A stretch of 64,000 nucleotides of DNA from Maritalea sp. (GCF_047634455.1 NZ_JBLIAI010000004.1:48211-112210); one strand, 5' to 3'. Positions 48,270 through 59,134 are shown, counted from the stretch's first letter. A program made the numbers and translations. The notes: generated by a model from the sequence alone, not told the origin.

Positions 48270-49211
48270 TTAGATGTTAAACCTAAAATCTTGTTCAATC
48301 TGATATCCAAGATTTGCTGTATCTTGGATAATGGAGCTGATGAATTCGTGCAGTCCTTCATCAAATATTGTTGAAATGTCACGATTTCGAAATCGCATCA
48401 ACAAGGCATCAGCTTGGTCATGACATGCGGCTCTTTCCCCGTAGGTTTGTTCAAGTTGGCCAAGATTGGCAACAATTTCATCAATACAGAACGACAGTGA
48501 ACGCGGTAATCGTCGATCCAATATCAAAAATTTGGCAATTGCGGGTCCTGTAAAACCGTCCTCGACCGCCCATCGAAACGACCTATGCGCCGAGACAGAT
48601 CGAAGCAATGTCTCCCATTGCACATTGTCGAGCCGACCACCGACAAACGAAGACGCAGGAAGCAAAGAAAAATACTTAACGTCAATAATACGCGCCGTGT
48701 TGTCGATACGCTCAATATGGATACCAATCTGACAAAAATGATAAGTATCTTTTCGAAGCATCGTGCCAATAAGTGCTCCACGAACCAGCGCGGTCTGCTG
48801 CCTGATGGTTGACAATACTTCTGGCAAATCGACGTCACGCACCTGATTTTTCAAAATATCGGACAAGAGCATCCACGTTTCGTTGACAGACATCCAAACT
48901 TCAGTCGTCAGCGCAGTGCGCACCAGCCGTGCATTGTCGCGCGCCGATTTTATAACCGACAAAACCGAGCTCGGATTATCAGCGTCCCGAAGCAAATAAT
49001 TGATGACCTGCGTACTGTCATAGGTGTCGTGTTTTGCCTCAAATCCCCGCTGCGCTGCCAATGTGACAATCACAGATTTCCATTCAGACTCGGTGTCATT
49101 TGATCGCGTCAACGCAATTCGAAATCCAGCCTCAATCAATCGAGCCGTGTTCTCAGCACGCTCAAGAAAACGGAACATCCAATAAAGGCCACCTGCGGTT
49201 TTCCCCAACAT
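48270..49211 (-). CDS. Alpha-E domain protein (DUF403)
   Basis: LYWMFRFLERAENTAR, ARDNAR, IERIDNTAR, PRSL. Confidence 0.9.
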   Translation of the reverse strand: MLGKTAGGLYWMFRFLERAENTARLIEAGFRIALTRSNDTESEWKSVIVTLAAQRGFEAKHDTYDSTQVINYLLRDADNPSSVLSVIKSARDNARLVRTALTTEVWMSVNETWMLLSDILKNQVRDVDLPEVLSTIRQQTALVRGALIGTMLRKDTYHFCQIGIHIERIDNTARIIDVKYFSLLPASSFVGGRLDNVQWETLLRSVSAHRSFRWAVEDGFTGPAIAKFLILDRRLPRSLSFCIDEIVANLGQLEQTYGERAACHDQADALLMRFRNRDISTIFDEGLHEFISSIIQDTANLGYQIEQDFRFNI

Positions 49212-49212
49212 A

Positions 49213-50637
49213 TCAGTCTTCCAATACCCAAGTGTCTTTTGTGCCGCCGCCTTGACTCGAATTAACCACCAAACTGCCAGCTTTCAATGCAACACGCGTT
49301 AAACCGCCCGGCGTAATGTCGACCCCGTTCGGAGAGACCAGCGCAAACGGCCGCAAATCAACGTGGCGTGGTGCCAAACCTTTTTTGGTAAAAATGGGAA
49401 CCGTGGACAAGGAAAGTGTGGGTTGCGCGATATAATTGTCTGGTCGCGCTTTCAACTTCGCTTCAAATTCAGCCAATTCACGTTTGCTGGCAGCAGGGCC
49501 AACCAACATCCCGTATCCGCCAGACCCATGCACTTCTTTCACAACCAATTCAGCTAGATTGCTCAGCACATATTTCAAGGCATCTGGTTCCGAACAACGG
49601 TAAGTTTCGACGTTTTTTAGAATAGCTTTTTCGCCCGTATAGAACTCAATGATTTCAGGAATATAGCTGTAGACGGCTTTGTCATCAGCCACCCCAGTTC
49701 CAGGCGCATTGGCAATCGTTACATTGCCCGCACGATAAATGTCCATAATGCCCGGCACACCCAATGTCGAATTTGGGTTGAAGGTCAGCGGGTCAAGATA
49801 TTCATCATCTACCCGGCGATAAATAACATCGATAACCCGATAACCGCGTGTGGTGCGCATGGCCACATGACCATCAACCACGCGCAAATCATGCCCCTCT
49901 ACCAACTCAACGCCCATTTGATCTGCTAAAAAGCTATGCTCGTAATAGGCTGAGTTGTGAATACCCGGCGTTAGAATAACCACACATGGCCGCCCCTCAC
50001 ATGACTTTGGTGCGCAAGCTTCAAGCGAGCGGCGCAAGTCCTTTGGGTAGTTGCTGACCGATTGCACTTTGATCTTGCTGAATAGTTCTGGAAACATTTG
50101 CAACATTGTTTCGCGGTTTTCCAGCATATAGCTGACGCCAGAGGGCGTACGCGCATTGTCCTCAAGTACAAAAAAATCATCTTCGCCGGTGCGCACGATA
50201 TCCGTACCAACAATGTGCGTATAAACGTCCCCCGGGGGGCTAAAATCCATCATCTGCGGCAAAAAAGCGTCGTTCTGTGCAATCAATTGTTTCGGCACCA
50301 CACCAGCGCGTAAAATTTCCTGGCGATTATATATGTCGTGCAAAAACGCGTTGATTGCTCTTACACGCTGATCAATACCCTTTGCTAACTTGCTCCATTC
50401 GGTGTTTGAAACAATCCTTGGCACCAAATCAAACGGGATCAAACGCTCCTCTGCATCTGTTTGCCCGTAAACATTGAAGGTGATACCGCTCCGCCTAAAA
50501 AACGCCTCAGCCTGCGCCGCTTTTTTGGCAAGTCGCCCATGATCTTGTTCGGAAAACCATGCGTCGTAATGACGGTAAGTTGGTCTTACGCCGTTTTCAG
50601 AAGACATCTCGCTGAAGTGCTGTTTTTGCATACTCAT
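49213..50637 (-). CDS. Circularly permuted type 2 ATP-grasp protein
   Basis: GITFNVY, IPFDLVPR, LEDNARTPSGVSY, NSAYYEH, YRRVDD, GSGGYGM, VNSSQGGGTKDTWV. Confidence 0.92.
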   Translation of the reverse strand: MSMQKQHFSEMSSENGVRPTYRHYDAWFSEQDHGRLAKKAAQAEAFFRRSGITFNVYGQTDAEERLIPFDLVPRIVSNTEWSKLAKGIDQRVRAINAFLHDIYNRQEILRAGVVPKQLIAQNDAFLPQMMDFSPPGDVYTHIVGTDIVRTGEDDFFVLEDNARTPSGVSYMLENRETMLQMFPELFSKIKVQSVSNYPKDLRRSLEACAPKSCEGRPCVVILTPGIHNSAYYEHSFLADQMGVELVEGHDLRVVDGHVAMRTTRGYRVIDVIYRRVDDEYLDPLTFNPNSTLGVPGIMDIYRAGNVTIANAPGTGVADDKAVYSYIPEIIEFYTGEKAILKNVETYRCSEPDALKYVLSNLAELVVKEVHGSGGYGMLVGPAASKRELAEFEAKLKARPDNYIAQPTLSLSTVPIFTKKGLAPRHVDLRPFALVSPNGVDITPGGLTRVALKAGSLVVNSSQGGGTKDTWVLED

Positions 50638-50839
50638 ACATTCAGCGTACAGAATTTCCTTGCGATTGCAAATCTTTAGAAGAGGTTCGGAACGATGTAG
50701 CAGCTGCATTTACCATTTCAGCACGCCGTTCCGCCGTCCTCCACAAACATAAACAGCTTTGCGGTAATAAAGCCGATACGGTGAGTAAAAAGGAACGGCG
50801 TCAAATGCGATACGCCCTCTTTCATACATTTATGCAGAA

Positions 50840-52633
50840 CTAAATCTGAGCGGTTGCTTGTGCCAAATAGCCTTTCAACTCGGGCGGCACCAAATCTGCA
50901 AGTTTTCCCTCGACCAAGCGGTGATAATTGTTCAACCAATTGATCTCATCTTTGGTCAACATTTCACCCACGATTGGCGCTTTTGCAATCGGGATCATCG
51001 ACAGTGTTTCAAACTGCAAGTAGCCATCTTTTGCCTTTGTCACCTCGAACAAGTTCTCGATGCGGATGCCATATTCGCCCGCCACATAAAACCCCGGCTC
51101 AATGCTGATCACCATGCCGGGTACAAGTTCAATCTCGTTTATTGCGCGGCCGATGCGTTGAGGTTGTTCATGGACGGAAAGATTGTGTCCAACACCATGA
51201 CCCGTGCCGTGATCATAGTCTTTGCCCATAGCCCAAAGCGGCGCGCGCGCGATGGCGTCTAAGTGGTGGCCATAGGTTTTGGTTGGGAACCGCACATTGG
51301 CGAGCGCAATAAACCCTTTTAGAACCGCGGTGTAGTTTTCACAAAATTCGCGCGAGGGCGGCTCGAAAACAAACGTACGGGTTGCGTCTGTGGTGCCATT
51401 TGTGAACTGCCCGCCTGAATCATGCAAATAGATATCATTGGCTGCAATTGGCCGGTTTGATTGTGCGTTGACCTTATAGTGGCACATGGCGCCGTTCGGT
51501 CCAGAACCCGAAATCACATCAAAACTGAGTTGTTCAAACGTGTCGGTTTCGGCGCGCAATTGCTCGATTTTGGCGGCCGTTTCCAATTCCGTTATCGGGT
51601 TGCCTGCATCGGCGCGACGTACAACATTTTGTTGCAGCCAGTGCGCCAACTGCACCCAAGCAACGCCGTCTTGGATATGACAGTCGCGCATGCCCTCTAG
51701 CTCTGTGGCGTTTTTTTGCGCTTTTGCCAGTGTGATCGGACTGGGTTGCAATGTGATAGTTTCCGCATCACCCGCCGCAAACTTAACAGCGACGGGCAAC
51801 ATTGCCGGATCACAACTTAGCTTCAACCCTTGCGTTGCTGCTTGTTCTACTGCTGTCAAAAAGCTTTCTGGTGCGCGAATATTCACGCCCTCCAGTTCGA
51901 ATGCGGAGCGGTCCTGCGGCACTTTTTGATGATCAACAAACCATGTCACTTCGCCGGTCTTATCTAGGGTCAAAAACGAATTGACGAACGGGTTATAGGC
52001 AATGTCATCGCCACGAATGTTTAACAGCCACGCGATATTGTCCGATTGATTTTCCACCAGCATATCCGCACCAGATTGCTCAAGCAGCTTAGCAATGCGC
52101 GCGCGTTTTGATTGAGAATGCTCACCACAGAACGCTTCGCCAAATGGCCTTGCTAGCACCTCTGAAGGTTCGGGCCGATCTTCCCACAATTGATCAATGA
52201 TATTGCCTTCTGTCGACACCAAGAAATTGTGCGATTTTTTGACTGCCGCTTTGAATGCTTGGTGCCAGTCGAACGGAATATGCATCGGATCAAAGGCAAA
52301 TGTTTTGTTGCGATCTTGGCATTGAGCAAACCAGTCTTTTAGCGGCTCATCATGCAAATGCCGATATTGGAACAAATCATCTGGACACTGTTCACGGACT
52401 TGCACAGTGTAGCGGCCATCAACAAAAATAATGGCTTCGTCCAGTGTGATCAGCGCAACACCCGCAGAACCGGAGAACCCGGTTGCCCACTGTAAACGTC
52501 GATCGCAAGGGGCGATGTACTCGGCCATGTGCGCATCAAACCGCGGAATGATAAGGCCATCAAGCCCGTTGGATTTGAGCACGCGACGAATGGCTGAGAG
52601 CCGCTCTTTTTGAACGGAGAACTGTTTTAGCAT
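50840..52633 (-). CDS. Aminopeptidase P (M24B)
   Basis: TGFSGSAG, DGRY, WLLNIRG, DSGGQF...GTTDATRT, HGTGHGVG, HEQP, EPGFY, GIRIEN. Confidence 0.92.
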   Translation of the reverse strand: MLKQFSVQKERLSAIRRVLKSNGLDGLIIPRFDAHMAEYIAPCDRRLQWATGFSGSAGVALITLDEAIIFVDGRYTVQVREQCPDDLFQYRHLHDEPLKDWFAQCQDRNKTFAFDPMHIPFDWHQAFKAAVKKSHNFLVSTEGNIIDQLWEDRPEPSEVLARPFGEAFCGEHSQSKRARIAKLLEQSGADMLVENQSDNIAWLLNIRGDDIAYNPFVNSFLTLDKTGEVTWFVDHQKVPQDRSAFELEGVNIRAPESFLTAVEQAATQGLKLSCDPAMLPVAVKFAAGDAETITLQPSPITLAKAQKNATELEGMRDCHIQDGVAWVQLAHWLQQNVVRRADAGNPITELETAAKIEQLRAETDTFEQLSFDVISGSGPNGAMCHYKVNAQSNRPIAANDIYLHDSGGQFTNGTTDATRTFVFEPPSREFCENYTAVLKGFIALANVRFPTKTYGHHLDAIARAPLWAMGKDYDHGTGHGVGHNLSVHEQPQRIGRAINEIELVPGMVISIEPGFYVAGEYGIRIENLFEVTKAKDGYLQFETLSMIPIAKAPIVGEMLTKDEINWLNNYHRLVEGKLADLVPPELKGYLAQATAQI

Positions 52634-52641
52634 AGATTGGC

Positions 52642-53634
52642 CTAATTCGAAGTTGGATCGACAAGATGGCACGCAACTTGTCCGGTTTCAGGATTGCCTT
52701 GCAGCGTTGGCTTCGTCTGACGGCATATAGCTTGAGCGATTGGGCAACGACTATGAAATGCACAGCCAGATGGGATATTGAGGGGGCTGGGCAGTTCGCC
52801 AGAAAGCACAATCTGATTGCCTTTTTCATCCGGATCAAGCGACGGCGCAGCACTTAACAGCGCTTGCGAGTATGGATGTTTAGGGTTGGCGAACAATCCA
52901 CTTGCGGACCCGACTTCAACTACAGACCCTAAGTAAATAACGGCAACACGATGCGACACATGACGCACAAGTCGCAGATCATGGGCGACAAACAGAACGG
53001 TCAACCCAAGTTCATCTTGCAGGGTCAATAACAAATTGACCACTTGGGCTTGCACGGATACGTCAAGCGCAGACACCAGTTCATCGGCAATCAACACTTC
53101 TGGCTCCACGCTCAAAGCGCGCGCAATGGCGATGCGCTGGCGTTGACCACCAGAGAACTCGTGCGGCAACTTATCAGCGGCGTCCCGCGGCAGACGAACC
53201 AATTCAAGCAGCTCGTAAATACGCTTCTCAATTTCCTTAGGTGGGCGCATTTTGTGCACGCTTAGCGCTTCGCGCAGCATATCGCCGACCCGCAGGCGCG
53301 GATTAAGCGACGAGTAAGGATCTTGGAAGATCATTTGCACCCGGCGATTATATTCTCGCTGCGCTGCGCCCTTATTTTTGGCGATGGAAACCCCGTCATA
53401 CTCAATATCGCCCGATTGTGGTTTATATAGCCCAGCGATAGCGCGCGCCAAAGTTGATTTGCCGCAACCGCTTTCGCCAACGATGCCGAGCGTTTCGCCT
53501 TTTTGCAACTCTATAGAAACGCCATTAAGCGCCTGCACAGCTTGCGCAGGCTTACCGGACAGGAGGTCAAGCAAGGAGCGGGTTTTCTTGAAATGTAGAA
53601 CGAGATTATCTGTTCTAAGCACCGGACCGGACAT
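52642..53634 (-). CDS. Opp/Dpp ABC ATPase (F)
   Basis: GESGCGKST, FQDPYSSLNPR, FSGGQRQR, GCAFHSRCP. Confidence 0.92.
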   Translation of the reverse strand: MSGPVLRTDNLVLHFKKTRSLLDLLSGKPAQAVQALNGVSIELQKGETLGIVGESGCGKSTLARAIAGLYKPQSGDIEYDGVSIAKNKGAAQREYNRRVQMIFQDPYSSLNPRLRVGDMLREALSVHKMRPPKEIEKRIYELLELVRLPRDAADKLPHEFSGGQRQRIAIARALSVEPEVLIADELVSALDVSVQAQVVNLLLTLQDELGLTVLFVAHDLRLVRHVSHRVAVIYLGSVVEVGSASGLFANPKHPYSQALLSAAPSLDPDEKGNQIVLSGELPSPLNIPSGCAFHSRCPIAQAICRQTKPTLQGNPETGQVACHLVDPTSN

Positions 53635-54648
53635 TTACGCAGCCCCCATTGATTTTTGATCGTCATCAACCGGATTAAAGCACGCCACTTGATGAGTTGC
53701 GCCAACCAGCGGCGGCTTTGCATCTGCACAGGATGCAACACGATGCGCGCAGCGCGGCGCAAAGGCGCAGCCTTTTGGTAAGTTCAACAAACTCGGCGGA
53801 GTGCCGGGCAACGAATAGAGCTGCGTGCGCGGCGCAATGTTTTCGGGAACCGATTTGAGCAACCCCATTGTGTAACGATGTTGCGGATCACGCAGCACAT
53901 CGCGGGTCGCGCCGGTTTCAACTAGCTTTCCGCCATACATCACGGCTAACCGATCACATGTTTGCGCAGCAACGCCCAAATCGTGGGTTACCAAAATCAC
54001 CGCCATGCCAAGGTCTTTGGATAGGTCCAAGATCAGCTTCAGGATTTGCTTTTGGATGGTCACGTCAAGCGCGGTAGTGGGTTCGTCCGCCAGTAAAAGC
54101 TTTGGATTTGACGCCAGAGCAATTGCAATCATCACCCGCTGGCGCATACCACCGGAGAATTGATGCGGATAGTCGCTCAAGCGGTTCGCTGCGTCTGGAA
54201 TACCGACCATTTCCAAAAGTTCAATGGCACGGTTCTTCCTGCCGCTTTTATCCAAATTGGTGTGCTCGACCAGGTTCTCGCGGATTTGCAGGCCAACCGT
54301 GAGGAGCGGATTGAGCGATGACATTGGTTCTTGGAAAATCATCGCAATGTCTTTGCCACGGATTTTGCGCAGATCGCGCTCCGGCATGGTAACCAGATTT
54401 TTCCCGTGCCAATTCACCTCGCCTGACACTTCGCCATAACGCCGCGATAGGCCGATGATGGACCGCAAAGTAATCGACTTGCCAGAGCCGCTTTCGCCGA
54501 CAATGCCGAGCACTTCACCTTCCGCGACTTCAAAGCTGACTTCATCGACCGCTTTGAGTTGGTTGCCGCCAACCAGAAAACTGGTAGAGAGCTGCTTGAC
54601 TTCCAATATGTTGGGGTAGGTATCCGCTTCTTTGGCGTTTTTGATCAT
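53635..54648 (-). CDS. Opp/Dpp ABC ATPase (D)
   Basis: [34 protein letters not shown]. Confidence 0.92.
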   Translation of the reverse strand: MIKNAKEADTYPNILEVKQLSTSFLVGGNQLKAVDEVSFEVAEGEVLGIVGESGSGKSITLRSIIGLSRRYGEVSGEVNWHGKNLVTMPERDLRKIRGKDIAMIFQEPMSSLNPLLTVGLQIRENLVEHTNLDKSGRKNRAIELLEMVGIPDAANRLSDYPHQFSGGMRQRVMIAIALASNPKLLLADEPTTALDVTIQKQILKLILDLSKDLGMAVILVTHDLGVAAQTCDRLAVMYGGKLVETGATRDVLRDPQHRYTMGLLKSVPENIAPRTQLYSLPGTPPSLLNLPKGCAFAPRCAHRVASCADAKPPLVGATHQVACFNPVDDDQKSMGAA

Positions 54649-54653
54649 GATCC

Positions 54654-55499
54654 CTACCCCCTAGGCCGCATGAGGTCAGCGATGCCATCCCCGACCAAAG
54701 AAAAACCTAGCCCGGTCAGAACGATAGCAATACCCGGCATCAAACTGAGCCACCATGCGGTTGTTATAAAATTGCGTCCTTCGGCGATTAGCACACCCCA
54801 TTCTGCCTGTGGCGGCTGCGCGCCCAAGCCGAGATAACCGAGCGAGGAGCCGAGCAAAATCGCCAGCGCCATGTCCGTCATCCAATAAACAATCACCGGG
54901 GTGATCGCGTTGGGTAACAGATGCCTGAATATGATGCGGCGATCAGAATAGCCCATCACCTTGCCGGCCGCGGCATAATCATTGGCCATTTGACCCATGA
55001 TTTCTGCGCGCATGAGACGGGCATAATAGACCCAACCCACAAGGGTAATCGCGATATACATATTGGTGAGGCCCGGACCGAGCACCGAAACAACTGCGAT
55101 CACCAGCACCAAAAATGGGAAGGTGATAATTGCATCCACACATCGGCCGAAAATCGCATCTGCGATACCGCCATAATAACCAACCAACGCACCAACCGTC
55201 ACGCCGATCACAAGCGCGAAAATGGTGGCAACAAAGGCCATTTGCATATTGACTGAATAGGCCCAAATCACCCGAGAAAACGTATCCCGTCCGAGATTGT
55301 CTGTGCCAAACCAATGTTCCATCGACGGGGGCTGCTTAAGCGCTGAATAATTGAATACGTTGGGCTCAAACGGAGCGAATATAGTAGGAAACAGCGCGAG
55401 GGCGAGTGAACCAACCAAAATGGCAAGCCCAACCAAAAAACCGGGGCGCAATAACACAAACAATTGAGAACTATGGGGCATAAGTTTTTTAAACATCAT
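54654..55499 (-). CDS. Opp/Dpp permease C
   Basis: HWFGTDNLGRD, RHLLPN, GYLGLGAQPP..EWG. Confidence 0.9.
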   Translation of the reverse strand: MMFKKLMPHSSQLFVLLRPGFLVGLAILVGSLALALFPTIFAPFEPNVFNYSALKQPPSMEHWFGTDNLGRDTFSRVIWAYSVNMQMAFVATIFALVIGVTVGALVGYYGGIADAIFGRCVDAIITFPFLVLVIAVVSVLGPGLTNMYIAITLVGWVYYARLMRAEIMGQMANDYAAAGKVMGYSDRRIIFRHLLPNAITPVIVYWMTDMALAILLGSSLGYLGLGAQPPQAEWGVLIAEGRNFITTAWWLSLMPGIAIVLTGLGFSLVGDGIADLMRPRG

Positions 55500-56437
55500 G
55501 ACACCCGCAATCTTGGATCAAGCATCGCTTGAACCATGTCGGTGAGCAAAAAGATGATCGACACCAGCACAGCAAAAGTAAGTGTCAGCCCTTGGATAAG
55601 CGGATAGTCGCGCGCAAAAATCGCATCCAGCATCAAACGTCCGACGCCGGGCACCGCAAAAACAGTTTCTGTTACCAGCGTTCCGCTCATCAAGTTGCCG
55701 ATGGAAAGCCCAAGCAAGGTGACCGTGGAGATAAGCGCATTACGCAGAATGTGGCGGCCTAAGATAACGTGCTCCGGCAATCCCTTTGCGCGGGCAAATT
55801 GAACATATTCGGCGTCCATCACTTCGATCACCGAAGACCGCAAATTGCGCATGATAATGGCCGAGGTGTAAAGAGCCACAGTTAGCGCAGGCAACAACAA
55901 GTGATACATGTGTTCCCAAAATGTAACGCCATATCCGCCAACTGGGAACCAGCGCATTTTTGCGGCCAAGAAGGTCAAGAGCAGCAGCCCAATGTAGAAA
56001 ACTGGGGTTGATAGACCGATTTGAAAAACCGAGCGGATGGTGACATCCAGCCATTTGTTGCGGTTAAGCGCGGCGACAAATGCCAGTGGTCCGGCAATCA
56101 GCAAAGAGAACAACACAGCATAAAGCGCAAGGAAGCCTGACGCTGGCAACCGTTCAAAAATCACTTCGGTCACCGGTGCTTTAAGGAGAATAGAGTCTCC
56201 TAAATTTCCAGTGAGGGTGTTTTTCACAAAATAGCCAAATTGCACCCAAATCGGCTCGTTCAAACCAAGCCGTTGACGGATTTGTTCAAGCTGCTCTGTG
56301 GTGGCCTTCGCATCTGCCATGGCGATTGCCGGGTCGCCCGGCAAGGCCCGGACCAGCAAAAATATGATGACCATCACAATTAGAAATGTAGGGATAATCT
56401 GCAGCACTCTGGAGATAAAATAGGAAATTGATGACAT
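55496..56437 (-). CDS. Opp/Dpp permease B
   Basis: LPGDPA, ARAKGL, LRNAL, ETVFAVPGVG, RDYP. Start set at 56437 because ATG 56455 lies inside a hairpin. Confidence 0.9.
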   Translation of the reverse strand: MSSISYFISRVLQIIPTFLIVMVIIFLLVRALPGDPAIAMADAKATTEQLEQIRQRLGLNEPIWVQFGYFVKNTLTGNLGDSILLKAPVTEVIFERLPASGFLALYAVLFSLLIAGPLAFVAALNRNKWLDVTIRSVFQIGLSTPVFYIGLLLLTFLAAKMRWFPVGGYGVTFWEHMYHLLLPALTVALYTSAIIMRNLRSSVIEVMDAEYVQFARAKGLPEHVILGRHILRNALISTVTLLGLSIGNLMSGTLVTETVFAVPGVGRLMLDAIFARDYPLIQGLTLTFAVLVSIIFLLTDMVQAMLDPRLRVS

Positions 56438-56451
56438 GGGCGATCCCGATT

Positions 56452-56479
56452 TCATACGGGCGCCGTAGCGCCCGTATGA
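56452..56479 (-). other. Stem-loop after the SBP gene, UNCG-type tetraloop
   Basis: Perfect 12-bp stem TCATACGGGCGC-TACG-GCGCCCGTATGA on the minus strand. Confidence 0.7.
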
Positions 56480-56500
56480 GGGTTAGTCGAGGGGAAGAAC

Positions 56501-58081
56501 TTAACGATCAATCCACGCAGTCGCGAATTCATTGTTACCGAGCGGCGTTTGCAAATAGCCTTTCACGTCTTGCGAAAGCGCAACAGCAAATGGCGTTTCG
56601 TACATGAACAAGAGCGGCGCAGCTTGCGCGTAGATATCTTGCATACGCGCATATTGCTCAGCGCGTTTTGCCGGATCCATTTCTGTATTCGATGCCTCAT
56701 AAAGGCCGTTAAACTCATCATTGTTCCAGCCCGTACCAACAGCCTTCGCCGTCGGGAAATAGCCAAGCCAGCCTGCAACTTGAGCCGGATCGTTGACATC
56801 ATTCACCCAACCATAGGTGTGAATGTCAAAATCGCCGGATCGGTTTTTCGCACCGCGTGTTGGGCCGTCAACCTGAGCAACATTTAGCTTGATGCCGATG
56901 TCAGACCACATTTGTTGCAAAGCAGCGAGAATAATCCCATCATCAGCTGACCCCGCCAATGTGGTGAGTGTAATCTCAGTGTTTGCGGCCACTCCAGCTT
57001 CGGCAATCAGCGCTTTGGCTTTGTCCAAATCATACTGGTAAAGCGGCCCATTATCGGTCGCAAGCTGCGTGGTAGAGGCCATCAGACCAGAGGTTACTGG
57101 CTTGCCCGCACCGTGCAATATAAGTTGAACCAGCGCGTCTTTGTTTGTTGCATAGTTCAATGCCTGGCGAAGTCTTACATCCGACAATGGGTTTGCACTA
57201 CCATCGGCGCGTTCGCTCCGGGTATTGATCGGCGAGTAAATGATCCGGGTTGATGGGAACAGCTCCATATTGATATTTGGATCTGCTTCCAGCTCTGAGA
57301 CCCGTGCAAACGGAATGAATTCAGCCCCATCAACTTCGCCAGCTTGTAGCTTTAAGATGCGCGTTGCATCGTCAGGAATGACAAGAAAGTTGATGCCGTC
57401 AATATAAGGCAATGGTTTACCGTCTTCGCCTTCACGCCAATAGTGTGGATTGGCTGCGAATTGCATCATTGAACCACGTTGATGCGACTGCATTACAAAC
57501 GGCCCTGAACCAACAAAACCATCAATGCTCAACGCTTTGGCTTTGTCCTGATCGGTTTCCCCGGACGCCGCTTCAAACGCATCAGCAGATACAATGGCTG
57601 TATTAAACGTTGCGAGCATCAAGACGATTGTTGGATCGGAATTTTTGAGACTTATCGTGACGTTGTTGCCCTCAGCCGATACCTCATCAACCGAAGCCAG
57701 CAGTCCTGCCCAAGGGCTCAAGTCTGGGTTGGCTGCACGTTGAAGTGAAAAGACAACGTCTTTGCCTTCAATCGGCGAACCGTCAGAAAATTTGATGCCG
57801 TCGCGCATTGTCAATGAAACGCTCATGCCATCTGCGGCAACCGAGTAATCCGATGCGAGGCCCGCTGTAACGGTTTTGCCGTCCGCCTCAGTGCGCAACA
57901 AAGTATCGTAAAGATTGGTGACCATCCAGATATCAGGATTTCGATCCGCATAGATCGGGTCAATCAAAGTTGAATCGTCATAGCGAGCAAAAGTCAGTGA
58001 CCCGCCTCGCTCCAGCGCAATCGCTGGGAACGCTGACATCATTGCCGTCACCGCGACGGTGGCCATAAGAAATTTTTTCAT
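56501..58081 (-). CDS. Family-5 peptide-binding protein
   Basis: MKKFLMAT signal peptide after AGGGAGG, YDTLL, GIKFSDG, VGSGPF, NPHYW. Confidence 0.9.
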   Translation of the reverse strand: MKKFLMATVAVTAMMSAFPAIALERGGSLTFARYDDSTLIDPIYADRNPDIWMVTNLYDTLLRTEADGKTVTAGLASDYSVAADGMSVSLTMRDGIKFSDGSPIEGKDVVFSLQRAANPDLSPWAGLLASVDEVSAEGNNVTISLKNSDPTIVLMLATFNTAIVSADAFEAASGETDQDKAKALSIDGFVGSGPFVMQSHQRGSMMQFAANPHYWREGEDGKPLPYIDGINFLVIPDDATRILKLQAGEVDGAEFIPFARVSELEADPNINMELFPSTRIIYSPINTRSERADGSANPLSDVRLRQALNYATNKDALVQLILHGAGKPVTSGLMASTTQLATDNGPLYQYDLDKAKALIAEAGVAANTEITLTTLAGSADDGIILAALQQMWSDIGIKLNVAQVDGPTRGAKNRSGDFDIHTYGWVNDVNDPAQVAGWLGYFPTAKAVGTGWNNDEFNGLYEASNTEMDPAKRAEQYARMQDIYAQAAPLLFMYETPFAVALSQDVKGYLQTPLGNNEFATAWIDR

Positions 58082-58163
58082 CGTGCATTTCCTCCCTTGC
58101 AGATGAGAAGCGCCTGAACGCCTTTGGAGATTGTATCCAATTTCGAAACTTGCACTATCCACA

Positions 58164-58203
58164 ATTGAAGTCAAACTATAATTTATTGAAGTAACAATTC
58201 AAT
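58164..58203. promoter_or_regulatory. Putative operator pair for the XRE regulator
   Basis: ATTGAA-N7-TATAAT (58164) and perfect ATTGAA-N7-TTCAAT (58185) in the divergent intergenic region. Confidence 0.4.
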
Positions 58204-58287
58204 CGGACTTGATTTGCATCGCAACGCGGTGCAGATTGCCCACCAAGTGAGTCAATGGCTGGTGTTTAATCGAAGGGCGGGAAAATA

Positions 58288-58860
58288 TTGACCAAGAAAA
58301 GCCCGGAATTGAGCAATGAACAAATTGGCAAGTCAATTAGACGGCGTCGCAAGGCGCTCGGCAAAACGCTTGTCCAAGTTGCCGACGAAGCAGAATTAAC
58401 AGTTGGCTTTATCTCGCAAGTTGAGCGCGGCATTTGTGCGCCCTCACTGTCTTCATTTATGCGGATCGCATCATCGCTCAATACGAGCCTTGAGCAACTG
58501 TTAAACGTTTCTGAAAGCTTTGAGCCGTTGACGAAGGCAAAGCACCGCCAAAGCTATAGTTTAGGTGAAGCGGGCCGTTGGTATGAAAAGCTCGGGCCGG
58601 GATTTTCAGGCGCACTGTTTTATCCGTGCATCATCCATCGACCTCCCGGACATGTTTCAGAGCACATGAATCACAAAGGTGAAGTGTTTTGCTATTTAAT
58701 CGAAGGGGAACTTGAATACCATCTTGGCGATGCGGTTCACCACATGGTTGCTGGCGACAGCATCCACCATGACACGACACAAAAACACTTTTCTAAAGTA
58801 GTAAGCGATACCGAAACCGTTGAACTTTGGGTCAGTTCTCATCCCATTACGGGTCACTAA
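58288..58860 (+). CDS. XRE-family HTH regulator with cupin sensor domain
   Basis: IGKSIRRRRK, TVGFISQVERG..PSL, HKGEVFCYLIEG, GDSIH. Confidence 0.88.
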   Translation: MTKKSPELSNEQIGKSIRRRRKALGKTLVQVADEAELTVGFISQVERGICAPSLSSFMRIASSLNTSLEQLLNVSESFEPLTKAKHRQSYSLGEAGRWYEKLGPGFSGALFYPCIIHRPPGHVSEHMNHKGEVFCYLIEGELEYHLGDAVHHMVAGDSIHHDTTQKHFSKVVSDTETVELWVSSHPITGH

Positions 58861-59134
58861 GTTCAAAACATTTAGTTCGCACAAAATCATTGCGCAGCCA
58901 AATACCCCACACTGAAGGTTTTTCGGATGTTCAAAGCTCGCATTGCCGGGCAATTCCCATCGCAATGTTCTCCATATGCATAACGCCCCAACTCATGCGA
59001 TCCATTTGGCACGCAAATAGATAAAATTTTATCTATCTGGGCTGTTTTGGAACACCAGTTTCAAATTGGGGTTTACGTTAATAATTAATGGAACCTAAAT
59101 ACCCAATTTGTGCACCAAAATGACCCAAAAAAAC

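Noticed and set aside
59005-59022. Second sigma54-like motif TTGGCACGCAAATAGA
   Set aside because: It lacks the GC at the -12 position.
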